From: Malacoraja senta
Taxonomy: Eukaryota
Assembly (NCBI GenBank): GCA_038087875.1
Contig: CM075996.1
Coordinates: forward strand, 8,806,001-8,870,000
Direction: 5' to 3'
Length of the DNA stretch: 64,000 nucleotides
How positions within the stretch are numbered: the first letter of the stretch is position 1; each line of letters starts with the position of its first letter. The translations under genes were made by a program, and so were the position numbers. Under the pieces are notes generated by a model that searched no databases, had not been told where the DNA came from, and saw nothing but the letters and a program-made list of their open reading frames with translations. Positions 25,832 through 39,575 of the stretch are shown here, in pieces.

Positions 25832-26684
25832 TAAGCATAAATACAGAACAGTTCAGTGTGTCTAATAATCGAGTGCCAACAGGATTGTAACAAAATGCTG
25901 GAGTAACTCAGTGGGACAGGCAGCATCTATAGAGAGAAGGAATGGGTGACGTTTCAGACTGACGAAGGGTCTCGATCCAAAACATCACCCATTCCTTATA
26001 TCCGGAGATGCTGCCTGTCCCGCTGAATTAGTCCAACATTTTGTGTCTATCTTCGGTGTAAACCAGCGTCTGCAGTTCCTTCCTATGCAAAGAGGATAAT
26101 GTCGCCAGAAAGCCCAAACATCCGTAGACAAAGTTTACTTCGCAGAACTCTGGAGAACTAGGTAAGGTGCTGCCACTGGATACATTTAAATTTACCTCAA
26201 GTGACCAAATATTTCAAAAATCTCTTCAAACAGTTTCTAATTTCCCCATTAGAAGTCGAGCAATATATCACACAGGTCTGAGCAGGGTGGCTGTCTATCC
26301 TAGGCATTCTTCACTCAATAAGCCCCCATTGATGACATTGTTTCATTTCCGTGCAAGCCCAGACATTGCACACAAATCTCAGATTGCACAGAAACTATAT
26401 ATCACTTAAAAACAGAGATTAGCGCAAAGCATGGGGATACTGGGAGACAATCATTCCAAGTTATAACAATGTTGGAAAAGGGAGCAGAAAGAAAGTGTGA
26501 TGGACCTTTCCCATGAGAGAGAGACAGAGAGAGTGTTCCCGTGCAGAAACAGACCATTGATGGAGATGTCCAGTCCATCATTCCACCACCTCCTGCCTTA
26601 CTTCACTATTGCACTTCTATTTTCCTATCTCATAGTTATGGAGCATTCCTTCATTCGCTTTTTGAGAGTATAGAAAAATACTTT

Positions 26685-27142
26685 TTGACCTTTCTGTCCT
26701 GGGCCTCCTCCACAGTCAGAGTGAGGCCAAACACCAATTGGAGGAACAGCATCTCATATTTTGCTTGGGCAGCTGACAACCCAGCGGTATGAGTATTGAC
26801 TTCTCTGATTTCAAGTAACCCTTTCATTCCCTCTCTCTCCGTCCCTCCCTCGCCTTAGTTGTCCTACTGCCATCCTGGTTTCACGGTTTGCATCCACCCA
26901 GTTATCACCTTTTCCACAGCCAACATTGGACCATTGTGGGCTCCACCTTTCCTTGATCGTCATTACTAGCTTTGATTTATTATTTTCATAAATGTCATTC
27001 ATTTGTTCTTTGTACCTTTACACACCTCTAGTTTCCCTCTCCCGAACTCTCAGTCTGAAGAAGGGTCTCGACCCGAAATCTCACATATACCTTCTCTCCA
27101 GAGATGCTGCCTGTCCCGCTGAGTTACTCCAGCATTTTTTGT
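26685..27142 (+). mobile_element. Penelope-like element 3' remnant
   Basis: LEEQHLIFCLG..QPSGMSIDF tail and a pLTR with a degenerate hammerhead core at ~27055-27080. Confidence 0.72.
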
Positions 27143-27669
27143 TTCTAATGGGAAAGTACAGTACAGGAACGGCCCCACCTGCCCACAATGTCCGTGTACA
27201 AGATAAACTAATCTTATCCGTCTGCACATGATCCACATCCCTCCATTACCTGCATAGCCATGTACATATCTAAAAGCTTCTCAAACACCACCCTGGGCAG
27301 CACGTTCCAGGCACCCACCCTGACTAAACATCCTCCCTCTTGAATTCCTGGCTACAATTATGTGTAACAGCTACTTTCACATGCACAAGCTTTAGATTCG
27401 CCCATACCCTGTATGTAAAGATCAAACTTAAAAAACCTCCCTGGAGTCACCCGTCAGTTTTCACCTTGTGGGAATAAACTGCCCCAACTTCAATATTTCC
27501 ACATTTATTTTCTGTTGTGGTATCATCCTCAGAGATATATTGTTTGGGCAGCACAGTGGCACAGGCAATAGAGCCACAGAAACACAGCACCGGCGAACAG
27601 GCTCAATTTGACCTCAGGTGCTGTTTGTGTGGAGTTTGCACACTCTCTCGGTGTCTGTGTGGGTTTATA

Positions 27670-28695
27670 CAGGCGTTTCGACGGACAAGGGCTGATTAGG
27701 GATAGTCAGCATGGCTTTGTACATGGGAGGTCGTGTCTCACAAATCTGATTGAGTTTTTTGAAGGTTTGGATGAGAACATACATGGCAAGATTAGCAAGT
27801 TTGCTGATGATACAAAAGTGGATGGTTCTGCAGATAGTGAAGATAGTTGTGAAAAATTGCAGCAGGATCTTGATCGATTGGCCAGGTGTGCTGAGGAATG
27901 GTTGATAGAGTTTTAATACAGAGAAATGTGAGGTGTTGCATTTTGGGGAAGTCTAACATGGGCAGGGCCTACACAGTGAATGGTAGGGCTCTAGGGAGTG
28001 TTGTAGAGCAGAGGGATCTAGGAGTACAGCTGCGTGGTTCCTTGAAGGTGGAGTCACAGGTAGATAGGATGGTCAAAAAGGCGTTTGGCACATTGGCCTT
28101 CATCAGTCAGAGTATTGAGTTTAGAAGTTAGGAGGTCACGTTGCAATTGTATAAGACTTTGGTGAGGCCGCATTTAGAGTATTGTGTTCAGTTCTGGGCA
28201 CCATGTTATAGGAAAGATGTTGTCAAGCTGGAAAGAGTACAGTGAAGATTTACAAGGATGTTGCCAGGGCTAGAGGGTGTGAGCTATAAGGAAAGGTTGA
28301 GTAGGCTGGGACTCTGTTCCTTGGAGCGCAGGAGGATGAGGGGAGATCTTATTGAGGTGTATAAAATCATGAGAGGAATAGATCGGGTCGATGCGCGGAG
28401 TCTCTTGCCCAGAGTAGGTGAATCGAGGACCAGAGGACATATATTTAAGGTGAAGGGGAAAAGATTTTATAGGAATCTGAGAGGAAATTTTTTCACACAA
28501 AGGATTGTGGGTGTATGGAACAAGCTGCCAGAAGAGGTAGTCAAGGCTGGGACTATTCTATCGTTTAAGAAGCAGTTAGACAGGTACATGGATGGATATG
28601 GACCAAACGAGGACAGGTGAGACTAGTGTAGCAGGGACATTTTGGCTGTTGTAGGTAAGTTGGGCCGAAGAGCCTGTTTCCACGCTGTATCACTC
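27670..28695 (+). mobile_element. CR1 LINE 3' fragment with internal deletion
   Basis: SQHGF..SCLTNLIEFF joined directly to [19 protein letters not shown]; stops and frameshifts. Confidence 0.9.
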
Positions 28696-28763
28696 CTCCG
28701 GAGCTCCAAGCCCTGCCACATCTTAAAGACGGGCAGGCTAATAGGTTAATTAGCCTCTGTGCC

Positions 28764-29059
28764 GGCACGGTGGAGCAGCGGTAAAGTTGCTGCCTTACAG
28801 CACCAGAGACCCAGGTTTAATCCCGACTACGGGTGCTGCCTGTACGTAATTTGTATGTTCTTCTCGTGACCGCGTGGGTTTTCTCCGAGATCGTCGGTTT
28901 TCTCCCACACTCCAAAAACGTAGAGGTTTGTAGGTTAATTGGCTTGGTATAAATTGTCCTTAGTGTGCGTAGAATAGCGTTAATGTGCAGGGATCGCTGA
29001 TCGGTGTGGACTCGGTGAGCCGAAGGGCCTGTTTCCACGCTGTATCTCTAAACTAAACT
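28764..29059 (+). mobile_element. Full-length tRNA-headed V-SINE/HE1-type SINE
   Basis: A-box-like tggagcagcgg, B-box-like ggtttaatcc, central ggttaattggc domain, CR1-like 3' end and (ctaaa)n tail. Confidence 0.82.
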
Positions 29060-29354
29060 GTATATTACCAGTATGTAGGGGAGTTGTAAAATCTGCGACA
29101 GTTGATGGCAATATAGAAATAATTAATAATTAATGTGGGATTAGTACCTCAGTATAAATGAGAGGTTGGTGTTCAACTCAAACTTGGTGGGTCAAAGGGC
29201 CTGTTTCCGTGTAGGATCTCTTTGCGTCTCTATTTTGCATCTTTTCCTGTGCCTCATATCCCTTCCACACTCTGGAGACCAATGCTTTGTACAAGATTTC
29301 TAGTGTTTGATCTTACCGAGGTACTAACAATAAACCATAATAATTACTGCATGT

Positions 29355-29485
29355 GGTAAACACAAAATGCTGGAGTAACTCAGCGAGACAGGCAGCATCT
29401 CTGGAGAGAAGGAATGGGTCACCCATTCCTTCTCTCCAGAGATGCTGCCTGCCCCGCTGAGTTACTCCAGCATTTTGTGTCTACC
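29355..29485. repeat. Penelope pLTR inverted pair: ~65-bp-arm palindrome
   Basis: Arms meet at 29420 (..gaatgggt-c-acccattc..) with few mismatches. Confidence 0.9.
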
Positions 29486-29914
29486 TTTGATTGAAACCAG
29501 CGTCTGCAGTTCTTTCCTACACAATTACTTCATCTGCATGCTTTGTTGTGAACTGTGAACACATAATCTCAGCTCTCTCATCTACTATATTCCTGCACCT
29601 ATTCAGCACGAATCATGTGGTCTCTCGCCTTCTCATCAAAATGTACAACTTATCGGTATTGCAATTGCTTTTTAACTTGCATGACCACTTCAAAGTTCAT
29701 TATTGTTTTGTCATTCGTTTACCAAGTATGATTTTAAAACTTTAGCAACAGACAACAGGAAACATTATAACTCACCCACAAGCATTCTGTGACTGTTTCA
29801 TTTTGTTATCTACTTTAAAATGACCCATATTTTGTAACCTCTGGTTTAATTAGTCTATTTGAATAATCAAATACAACACATCTACCACATTATTCCACAT
29901 TATTGGAGGAGCAT

Positions 29915-30907
29915 TATTGGAGGAGGAACACCTCATATTTCACTTGGGCAGTTTACACCCCAGCAGTATGAACATTGACCTCCAATTTCAGATAGTCCCT
30001 GCTTTCTCCTCCCCTTCCCAGCTCTCCCACAGCCCACTTCCTTTCTTCTTCCCGCCCCCCAAGAGCGGAACTCGCTATCAAAACATGGAGGGGACGGGGG
30101 ACACAATTTTTTGGCGGCCACGCTCGCATGCACACACTCACACGCGAGGCTTCGGAGGCTCAATCCAGCACTAAATGCAGCTCAACTCTGCCTGTCTCAC
30201 CGGGTTAACTACAGCCCTGTCTGGACTGACGGGACACCAGCGCTGCTTCTCCGCGCTGGCCATATTTCCCGCAAGTCCAAGAAGGCTGTAGGCTCACCTG
30301 GCGGGACAGGCAGAGTTAGCTGGGTTTAGCGCTGTTTCTCTGCGCTGGCCCGTCTGATTCCCGACCAAAGATCCTATAGCGGAGGATCTTTGCTGCCGAC
30401 CTCTCTGGCCACCCACGGGGGGAGGGGGGGGGGTACTCGGGAGGGGACAGGGCAGCGCCGGAGAGCCGTCCGGGATCGATCCTGGCTGCGGATGAAGCGC
30501 AGGTCTGTGCCACGTCTCCCTCCTCCAATCATCGCGCTGAATCATGTCCCGCCCCCATTGCCTGCTGACCGATGTCTCTCTCGTCCAATCGGCGCCCTCG
30601 ATCATCAGTCCCACCCCCACTGTCTCGCGGAAAGCGGAGATTACACCGGGTTTTAAAATCCGGATTACAAAAACTTGGTGGGGATGTCCCCCACCTCTCA
30701 AAACATGGAGGGGACGTGTCCCCTCTGGCCACCCTGGGTTTTCCTCCCCTGCCGCCCCCCCCCCACCCTCACATCAGTCTGAAGAAGGGTCTCGACTCGA
30801 AACGTCGCCTATTTCCTTCGCTCCATAGATGCTGCCTCACCCGCTGAGTTTCTCCAGCATTTTTGTCTACCTTCGATTTTCCAGCATCTGCAGTTCCTTC
30901 TTAAACA
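29915..30907 (+). mobile_element. Penelope-like 3' remnant interrupted by a hAT element
   Basis: LEEEHLIFHLGSLHPSSMNID. 29915-30059 plus 30760-30907 rejoin into the same sequence as 1262-1547. Confidence 0.78.
30060..30751. mobile_element. Non-autonomous hAT element
   Basis: 8-bp TSD ccgccccc (30052-30059 and 30752-30759); degenerate TIRs caagagcggaa / ttcctcccctg; subterminal direct repeat tcaaaacatggaggggacg at both ends. Confidence 0.8.
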
Positions 30908-32100
30908 TTATTCCCACCTACTCTTTAGTACATTCAGACATGCATTCTCAGGGTGCATGTACCTATATGGTTTCAATGTAATCCTGGGGGTACAAGGGGA
31001 GAGACATCTTTCCTATCAGTGGCATCCAGTTACCTGATGTACAATTATTTACCCCTTCTCAGATTTATTCACTGTTTTCACAGATATATTTTCATAAACA
31101 TGGAGTTACTGCCCTGGCTTCACTGACCATCTACCAATGAGCAAAACCCAAGATTTCTTCTTTGCCTAGTTCATCAGCTACTCCCCACCTTAAACAGTTC
31201 AATATTCTTTGGATCTCAACACAAAGAATTGCAGATGCTGGTTTACAAAAAAAGACACAAAGTGCTGGAGTAACTCAGGTAGCATGTCTGGAGAACAGGG
31301 TAGGTGATGTTTCAGGTCAGGATCCTTCCCAAGACGTCACCTATCCATGTTCTCTAGAGATGCTACCCGACCCGCTGAGTTATTCCAGCACTCTATCCTT
31401 TGGTTCTCATCTACTCAAGTCAAGTCAAGTCAACTTTATTTGTCACATACACATACAAGATGTGCAGTGAAATGAAAGCGGCAATGCCTGCAGATTGTAC
31501 AAAAACAACAGAACAGAGCAGAATAGAATAGAACCAGTATTTACATTTTAGAAAATAACTTTTTTTTAAGACACAACACAACACAGCACAAGTCCCTGGT
31601 GAGATAAGAGTTTACAGTCCTGATGGCCTGTGGGAAGAAACTCTGTCTCATCCTCTCTGTTTTCACAGCGGGACAGCGGAGGCGCTTGCCTGACTATAGT
31701 CATATTAACCTTGTATCCTCCCTGATAAACACAGAAGCAAAGTCAGAGAGAGATACTGCACCGTCAGCGCCAACCGTGAACGACCCATTTGCTCTAATCC
31801 TATATTAATCCCATTTTTATTTACACTAGTCTTCCCATCAACATTTGCAACCATTCATCTACACACAAGGAGTTATTTACTGAGCCAAGCATCAAGAATA
31901 TTTTCTTGTCATATCAAAACGCAACGATTAAATTCTTACTTGCAGCAGCACAACAGGTTTGTCAATAGATACTGTAATAAACACACATAAAAATGAAGTT
32001 CAATAAATAAGAAAAGCAATCAACTTGACAGAAATATAGGACAACATTCCTTTCAACAACCATCAGGCTCATGAACCACCCCGCACGACACTAACCAAAC

Positions 32101-34176
32101 CAGTGATGGAAATGGGTTTTAGGAACTAGGGGTACTCTAGTTCCTAAAACCTTTCTAGTAGAAAGAAAAACAGGAGATATAGGCATATCTTCCATTCATT
32201 TGTCCTTAGTACCGTCTATATCTCTTGTTCATCTTTTCCCTGACTCAGCTGAAGAAGGGTCTCGACCCAAAATGTCATCTATTCCACTCTATAATCATTG
32301 CTTTCGTCCGTCTGTCCGCTCGTTCGCTCGCCCTTGGATTAAGTATCGCAGGATAAAGCTGTGAATTCACGCCATTCCCCTTCCATTCCCAATCTGACCT
32401 TTCTGTCCTGGGCCTCCTCCATTGTCAGTGAGGCCCAGCGCAAATTGGAGGAACAGCAACTCATATTTCGCTTGGATAGCTTACACCCCAGCAGTATGAA
32501 CATTGACATGCCATTAGTTTTCTTCACTGCCTGATGTTTCTTGCATGCTTACTTTCAGTAACTGATGTACAAGTACACCCAGGTCTCGTTGCACTTTCCC
32601 TTTTCCTAATCTAACACCATACAGAAGAAGGGTCTCGACCAGAAACATCACTCATTCCTTTGCTCCAGAGATGCTGCCTGACCCGCTGAGTTACTCCAGC
32701 ATTTTGTGTCTACCTGCCATTCAGATGATAATCTGCCTTTTGTTCTTGCCACTGAAGTGGATAACCTCACATTTATGCACATTACACTGCATCTGCCATG
32801 CATCTGCCCACTCACCCAACCTATCCAAGTCACTCTGCATCCTCATAGCATCCTCTTCACAGTTCACACTGCCATCCAGCTTTGTGTCATCTGCAAATTT
32901 GCTAATGTTACTTTTAATTCCTTCATCTAAATCATTAATATATATTGTAAATAGCTGCGGTCCCAGCACCGAGCCTTGAGGCACCCCACTAGTCAATACC
33001 TGCCATTCTGAAAGGGAACCGTTAATTCCTACTCTGCCAACCAATTTTCTATCCATGTCAATACCCTACCACCAATACCATGTGCTCTGATTTTGCCCAC
33101 TAATCTCCTGTTTGGGACCTAATGAAAGGCTTTCTGAAAGTCCAGGTACACTACATCCACTGGCTCTCCCTTATCCATGTTACTGTCTACCTGAACTTCG
33201 TTGTTAGGGATAACATTCATTTCTTTTTTCATTTTTGAATGACAAATAATTTCAATTCAATTCAAAATGTACAGGTCAAGAAGATCTTGGAACATTTCAT
33301 ATTGTTTGTCAATGCTCTGCATAGTCTACTCTTCTGCCTCACTTTCCCAAAGTTTACTTAAATTTAGAGCTTTGTTTTCTGACTCATCCTTCTCCCTCTT
33401 AACTAGTATATTGAATACCATTCAATGTTGACTGCTAGCCAAGCGTTACTGCACCATTAACTAATTGACTCTCAGACTAATTATTCATTATTTTTGTTAG
33501 CTGAAGGACATATCGTTCCAGAAAAATTGAACACAATTTCTAACTATGGCACAACCAACGATTTATACAAGTTTTCTATTAGGTTCTTAAGCATTATTTC
33601 CCATTTGAAAATGTAGCATATCATTTGCTTTTGAAGGTTTGTATATCTGAACCCTGATTTTTAAAATATGCACATTTTATGCATCTCCTTTCTCCAAAAT
33701 ACCTCCCAAAATACATCATCGAGTTTTCGAGAGCGGGCAGAGCGCGGGAGCGGGTTGAGCGCGGTAGCGGGGAAAGTGGAGCGGGGAGCGGGGAGAGCGG
33801 CAGAGAGGGCAGAGGGGCACGGAGGCAGGGAGGCAAATAAAATAACGTGGAATAAAATAACGTGACTTTACCTGAGCCCGTGCTCGCGCTCTGACAGTGA
33901 GTTTAAGAAATTCTCCCTTGAATTTTATTCAAAAGAACGCAGTGTTAAAACACAGTTGCATTTACTGAGGAATGTGGATCGATGTATCGATGACACATTG
34001 TATAACTACTGTTAACTACTGGCTGTTAATAAGTGCTAACAGTGGCAGTTAACAAATCGTTTTCGTCTGAGTTGAATAAAGTGAGAATCTTTCTGCAGTA
34101 CTCATTAAAACCCAAGCTGGAAATTGAAAACTAGGGGAACGCCGTACCCCTGTGTACCCCCCCATTTTCATCACTG
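32101..34176. mobile_element. Non-autonomous hAT element (2.1 kb) with nested Penelope and CR1 fragments
   Basis: 16-bp TIRs cagtgatggaaatggg / cccattttcatcactg (15/16 match); perfect 8-bp TSD aaccaaac (32093-32100 and 34177-34184). Confidence 0.9.
32520..33130 (-). mobile_element. CR1 RT fragment
   Basis: SGVPQGSVLGPQLF..ISKFADDTKL in ORF 32721-33056. Confidence 0.9.
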
Positions 34177-36190
34177 AACCAAACCATTACAGATTTTGCA
34201 CTACAATGGTTGCTCTGCACACGGTGGGTTTTGCACTAGTTTGCTTAGAATAACTGATAATTTATTGTTGTTGCATTTACTGTGCATGTAAGGCTGCAGC
34301 AAGTAATTTCATTGCTCTGGTTCGCATCCGCTGAATATGACGAATTAACATTTTTGGCTCTGACATTAGAGGCCTGGACTGCTTTCGTTGAAGAGATGAG
34401 GGAGGTTTGATTAAGTGCACAAAACGATGAGGGATAAGAACAGTGGGAAGGCGTACCTCTTGATATAGAGGGCGAGAACCAGCCATAAGAAAGAAATAGA
34501 AAATAGGTGCAGGAATAGGCCATTCGGTCCTTCGAGCCAGCACCGCCATATATTCCGATCATGACTGATCTTCCAAAATCAGTACCTTGTTCCTGCTTTC
34601 TCCCCACATCCCTTGATTCCGTTAGCCCTAGGAGCTATATCTAACACTCTCTTGAATACAAGGTGATGGGGGAACGATTTTATAGGGACCTGAGGGACAA
34701 CTATCTTACACAAAGGGCAGTAGGTGTTTGGAACAGGCTGCCGGAGGAGGTTGAGGCAGATACTATCGCAAAACATTTACTACCGAGAAACATTTATGGG
34801 CCAAACGCAGGCAGGTGGGACTAGTGTAGATGGGGCAAGTTGATCCGTGTGGGCAAGTATCACTCTATGCTGATTCTTGTCTCGTGATATCTGGTGTGTT
34901 TCAGTTGGTCACTGATCTAAAATCACATCTGAAGGGGTTCCCAGACCAGTTGTAACACAAAAGCAGTGTGGGCAAGTAAGGCCAAAGGGCCTGTCTCCAC
35001 GCTGTATGACTCAGTGCGCGAGGATGTGCTAATTTCACTTCTCCTGGGATTTTTCGTGGCCAGGGTAGGGAGGGGGGGAGTGCGAGTTTTAAACTCCAGT
35101 CCCAATCACTCCTAAAAACCCTCCCAATGGCTGAACCTTCCTCTGAGTAACTGAACTGTACCTTAGGAACCTGAACTGCGCCACAAAAGGAAAGAGAATT
35201 AATAGTGACATGAAGACAAACCTCTCGGTGAAGCATGTAGTTAGAATCAGGATTGTCAGGCCTACAGATGGGTGAAGGCAGATTCAATTGTGGTCAAAAA
35301 GGGAAACAATCTAAATGTAGAGTGTAGAAAAAATAACCCAGGCTACCGAGAATAGCCTGAGGGAAGGGGACGGGTGTGGTACAAGAGAGATACTCTGTTG
35401 GAGAAACAGCAGACACCACGGACCAGATGGTCTACCTCCTTGTTGCGACCATGATATGATTCTAAGATTGCAGAATAAAGTGGTTGAAGGCAGAATCACA
35501 ATGGAGAAAGAAAACTGGAGGAGATTTCAGGGTTCATCATTCTGGAGCAGGGAGAGGGGCGACTAGATTGCTTTGACAGTAGATAGGAACGGAGTCCGAG
35601 TGCAGAACCACTGAGATGACAGCAAAGAGGAGGACGATGTCAATTATGTCAAAGGGTACGGGCAGGTCAACGGGCCTGTTCTACTGTCACAGTACAGAAG
35701 AGAAACCCGACCCTCACACAAAGTCAAGGCCCGCAGCAACGATAAGAAGAGAGCTCGGAGGTGACTACACAGGACATCAAAAATGGCAGCAGGATCTGGA
35801 TCAGTTGGGCCGAGCCCTGATTAAGAGAGTTTAATGCACCACAACACCTCCCAGGGCCCTGACATTTAATGTGAAGGTCCTGCCCTGGTTTGACTTCCCA
35901 AAATGTAACACCTCGCACTTATCCGCATTAAACTTTTACCAAGTGTAGGGGAATCAAGAACCAGAGGACATTGGTGTAAGGTGAGGGGAGGGGGGGGGGG
36001 GGAGGGGGGGTGGGGAAGAACCTGGGGTAGGAACCTGAGGGGTAACATTTTTTTACACAAAGTGTGATTGGTATATGAAATGAGCTGCCAGAGGAAGTAG
36101 TTGAGGCAGGAACTATCGCAATGCTTAAAAAACATGGATAGGAAAGGTTTAGAAGTGTATGGGCCAAACGCAGACAGGTGGGATTAGTGT

Positions 36191-37278
36191 AGTCAAGTCA
36201 AGTCAAGTCACATTTATTTATATAGCACATTTAAAAAACAACTCTCGTTGGCCAAAGTGCTTTACATTTGTTATAAGAATAGCACAACAAAACAAACAAC
36301 ATACATATATACATGTAGCCCTCACTCAGAGGACGTCAGGAAAGGCTTGGGAGTATAGATAAGTCTTTAGTCTTGACTTAAAAGAGTCGATGGAGGGGGC
36401 GGTTCTGATGGGAAAGGGGATGCTGTTCCACAGTTTAGGGGCTGCAACTGCAAAGGCGCGGTCGCCCCTGAGCTTATGCCTAGACCGTGGGATATTCAGC
36501 AACCCCAAGTCGGCCGATCTGAGGGGCCTGGAGGTGGAGTGGTGGGTGAGAAGACTTTTTATGTAGGTGGGACCAAGCCCATTGAGGGCTTTGTAGACAT
36601 GGAGGAGGATCTTGAAGTTTATACGGAACCGCACAGGGAGCCAGTGGAGAGAGGCCAGGATCGGGGTGATGTGGTCCCTTTTTCGGGTGCCCGTCAGGAG
36701 TCTCGCTGCGGCGTTTTGGACCAGTTGCAGGCGGGACAGGGAAGATTGGCTGATGCCAGTGTAAAGGGAGTTGCAGTAATCTAGGCGGGAGGAAATGAAT
36801 GTGTGGATGATCTTTTCCAGGTCATCAAACTGGAGGAATTGTTTTATTTTAGCTATCGTCCGAAACTGAAAGAAGCTAGCTTTTACCACGGCATTGACTT
36901 GTTTGTCAAATTTCAGTGCTGAGTCAAATATCACGCCATGGTTTTTGACGTGAGGTTTGAGTAGTGGGGTAAGGAACCTTGTGGAACCCCACAGCAGAGA
37001 TTAGCTGGGGAGGAGAATGAGTTGCCTATGTTAGTCGAGAAACTCCTACCTTTGAGGTAGGAGATGAACCAGCTCAGGGCAGTGCCATCAATACCAATCC
37101 CATACCGGAGACGGTCAATTAGGATGGTATGGTCGACAGTATCAAATGCTGCGCTGAGGTCAAGAAGGAGCAGAATTGCACAGTCGCCGGAGTCAACGGT
37201 GAGCAGTAGGTCATTGTGTACCTTCAACAAGGCAGACTCTGTGCTATGGTGAGCCCTGAAACCTGATTGGAAAGTTTC
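36191..37278 (-). mobile_element. L2 LINE 3' fragment with internal deletion
   Basis: FQSGFRAHHSTESALL, LLLLDLSAAFDTVDH, GVPQGS, SRLDYCNSL, LQLVQNAAARLL, LHWLPV; (ttgac)n tail. Confidence 0.92.
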
Positions 37279-39375
37279 CTTTTCAAGTGTAGATGGGGCA
37301 TCTTGGTTGATGTGGGCAAGGTGGGCCAAAGAGCCATTTCCACGCTGTATCCACATTTCCATGGATAAAACTCTTGGATTAAAAAAAAAATAAAGCTAGG
37401 AATTAGAAGACTGTTTGCCTTTGGACCCTGCCAAAGACCTACATACCTTAGCCAATGACTGCAACCTACATATGCCCGACAATCATCTCAGGTTATACAG
37501 GACTATTAGTATCTTAGGTCACTTTGCTCAGATTCCCCCTCCATTAGCAAGGCATTACATTTCCAAAATCACTTTACTGAGCTTGTCTGCTGCCAAGAGG
37601 CCTGTTCAAACCTTTCTTACCCCACATGTAATTAATCTACTGCTCCCACTCTGAGCTCTGTATACAGAATTGCCAAACAGTTGCTTGTAGTCTCTCTGGC
37701 ACCCATTCACCTCTTACCTCCGAGGTCACTGACCTGTACTGCCTCCTGGTCCATTGAAGTCCCCCGATTTTTAATTCTCATCTTTGTTTTCAAAACCCTC
37801 CTGTGTTCCAACTCTCGACTCGTTCAAATTCCCATCACCCCACACTTGGCTCCAATGCCACAAGATTGGAAATCCCTCCTGAAAAAACTCCATTTTATTC
37901 ACTTTTGTTTTTCTTTCACCTTAATTCCTACCTCTTTAGCTCAGGAGTCATCAGACCTAATTCGACACTGCTCTGCATCAAACCTTGCAAACACATTCCT
38001 GTGATTCATTAAGCATATAATGAAGCCATCATCTTTGGTCTCCTTTATATTCTCCATTTGTATATATTTTCACTTTTCCCAGCTTGCTATGTACTTATAT
38101 TTCATCACACTAGACAGCTTCCTATTGAATTTTCAGAACATTTACTATTTTTTCATCATCCTGCCAATGGTTCAATGCTGCTGTAACATCAAAATGCTTT
38201 ATGGTGATTCACAGTTAGATCTGTTATATTCTATGCCTTTGGCCTCAAAGAGTAATACCTGCACTTTAAAATAAAATAGTCTGTCAAACCAAGTTGTGTA
38301 TTTAATGCTTGCCACACTGCTCTGTCACCGAAACTTCCCCTATTTATTGCTTTTCATAAACGGAAATGTTCCTCTCGCAATTGTTGACGAATTCTAGCTG
38401 CAACCTTTATCCGATCCACCAGCTTATCACATCTCCTTACACGTTCCTCTCGTCCTCAACTTTACTTTAACACTGGACATACTCAAGGTAGAAACACATT
38501 TGAGGCAGACATCAATAGATTTTTAAAAAATATATGAAGGGAATCGATATTAAGGGATTAGTACTGGAAAGTAACGCTGAGATAAAAGATAACCGTGATT
38601 CTTTCTGAATGGCAGACATGAGGAGCTGAAGGCCAACAGACTACAATCGCATGTGTTTTTATAGTTATACACAACACAGAAACAGGCCCTTCAGCCCAAC
38701 ATGTCCATGCCGACCAAGATGCCCCATCTAACCGAGTCCCATCTGACCGCATTTTGCCCGTAACCCTTTAAAGCTTTCCTATCTATGTACCTGAGTGCTT
38801 TTAAAATGCTGTTACAGTACCTGCCTCAACTACTTCGCCTGGCAACGCATTTTATATACTCACCATGCTCTGACTGAAAATGCTGCCCCTCAAGTTCCTA
38901 TTAAAAAATGTTTTCCTCTCACCTTAAACCTATGTCCTCTGGTTCTGGGTTTCCCTACTCTTGGTAAAAAAAAACTCACCATCCCTGTACACCTCTATAA
39001 GATAACCCCTCAGCCTTCTTCTCTCCAAGGAATAAAGTTCTAGCCTGCCCAACCTCTCACTGTAGCTCAGGCTCTCAAGCCCTGGTAATGCTTGAGACTC
39101 TTTCCAGCTTTCAAATGTTACATCTTCCTCGACCAAGTCCAGCAAACAGAATACTGGCATCACGGTGCACCCCCTCATACCTTGAAACCATTTAACTCCC
39201 CAGTTGCCTTCTTTCCAGAAACGTTTTTATATTTAATACTTTATAACTTCCAATTCTATTCCACTCAGAATCACACACGGTACCTTTGAATAGTCCTCTG
39301 GAAATCTTTGTACAATTCATCTGCCACACATCAGTGTCAGTCCGAAGAAGGGCCTCGACCTGAAACGTCACCTAT

Positions 39376-39575
39376 NNNNNNNNNNNNNNNNNNNNNNNNN
39401 NNNNNNNNNNNNNNNNNNNNNNNNNNNNNNNNNNNNNNNNNNNNNNNNNNNNNNNNNNNNNNNNNNNNNNNNNNNNNNNNNNNNNNNNNNNNNNNNNNNN
39501 NNNNNNNNNNNNNNNNNNNNNNNNNNNNNNNNNNNNNNNNNNNNNNNNNNNNNNNNNNNNNNNNNNNNNNNNNNN
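39376..39575. other. Assembly gap (200 N)
   Basis: Run of N; both edges fall inside Penelope-type repeat sequence. Confidence 1.

Noticed and set aside
28764..28830. tRNA gene (also other tRNA-like heads)
   Set aside because: These are SINE heads followed directly by the SINE body; no complete cloverleaf or terminator.
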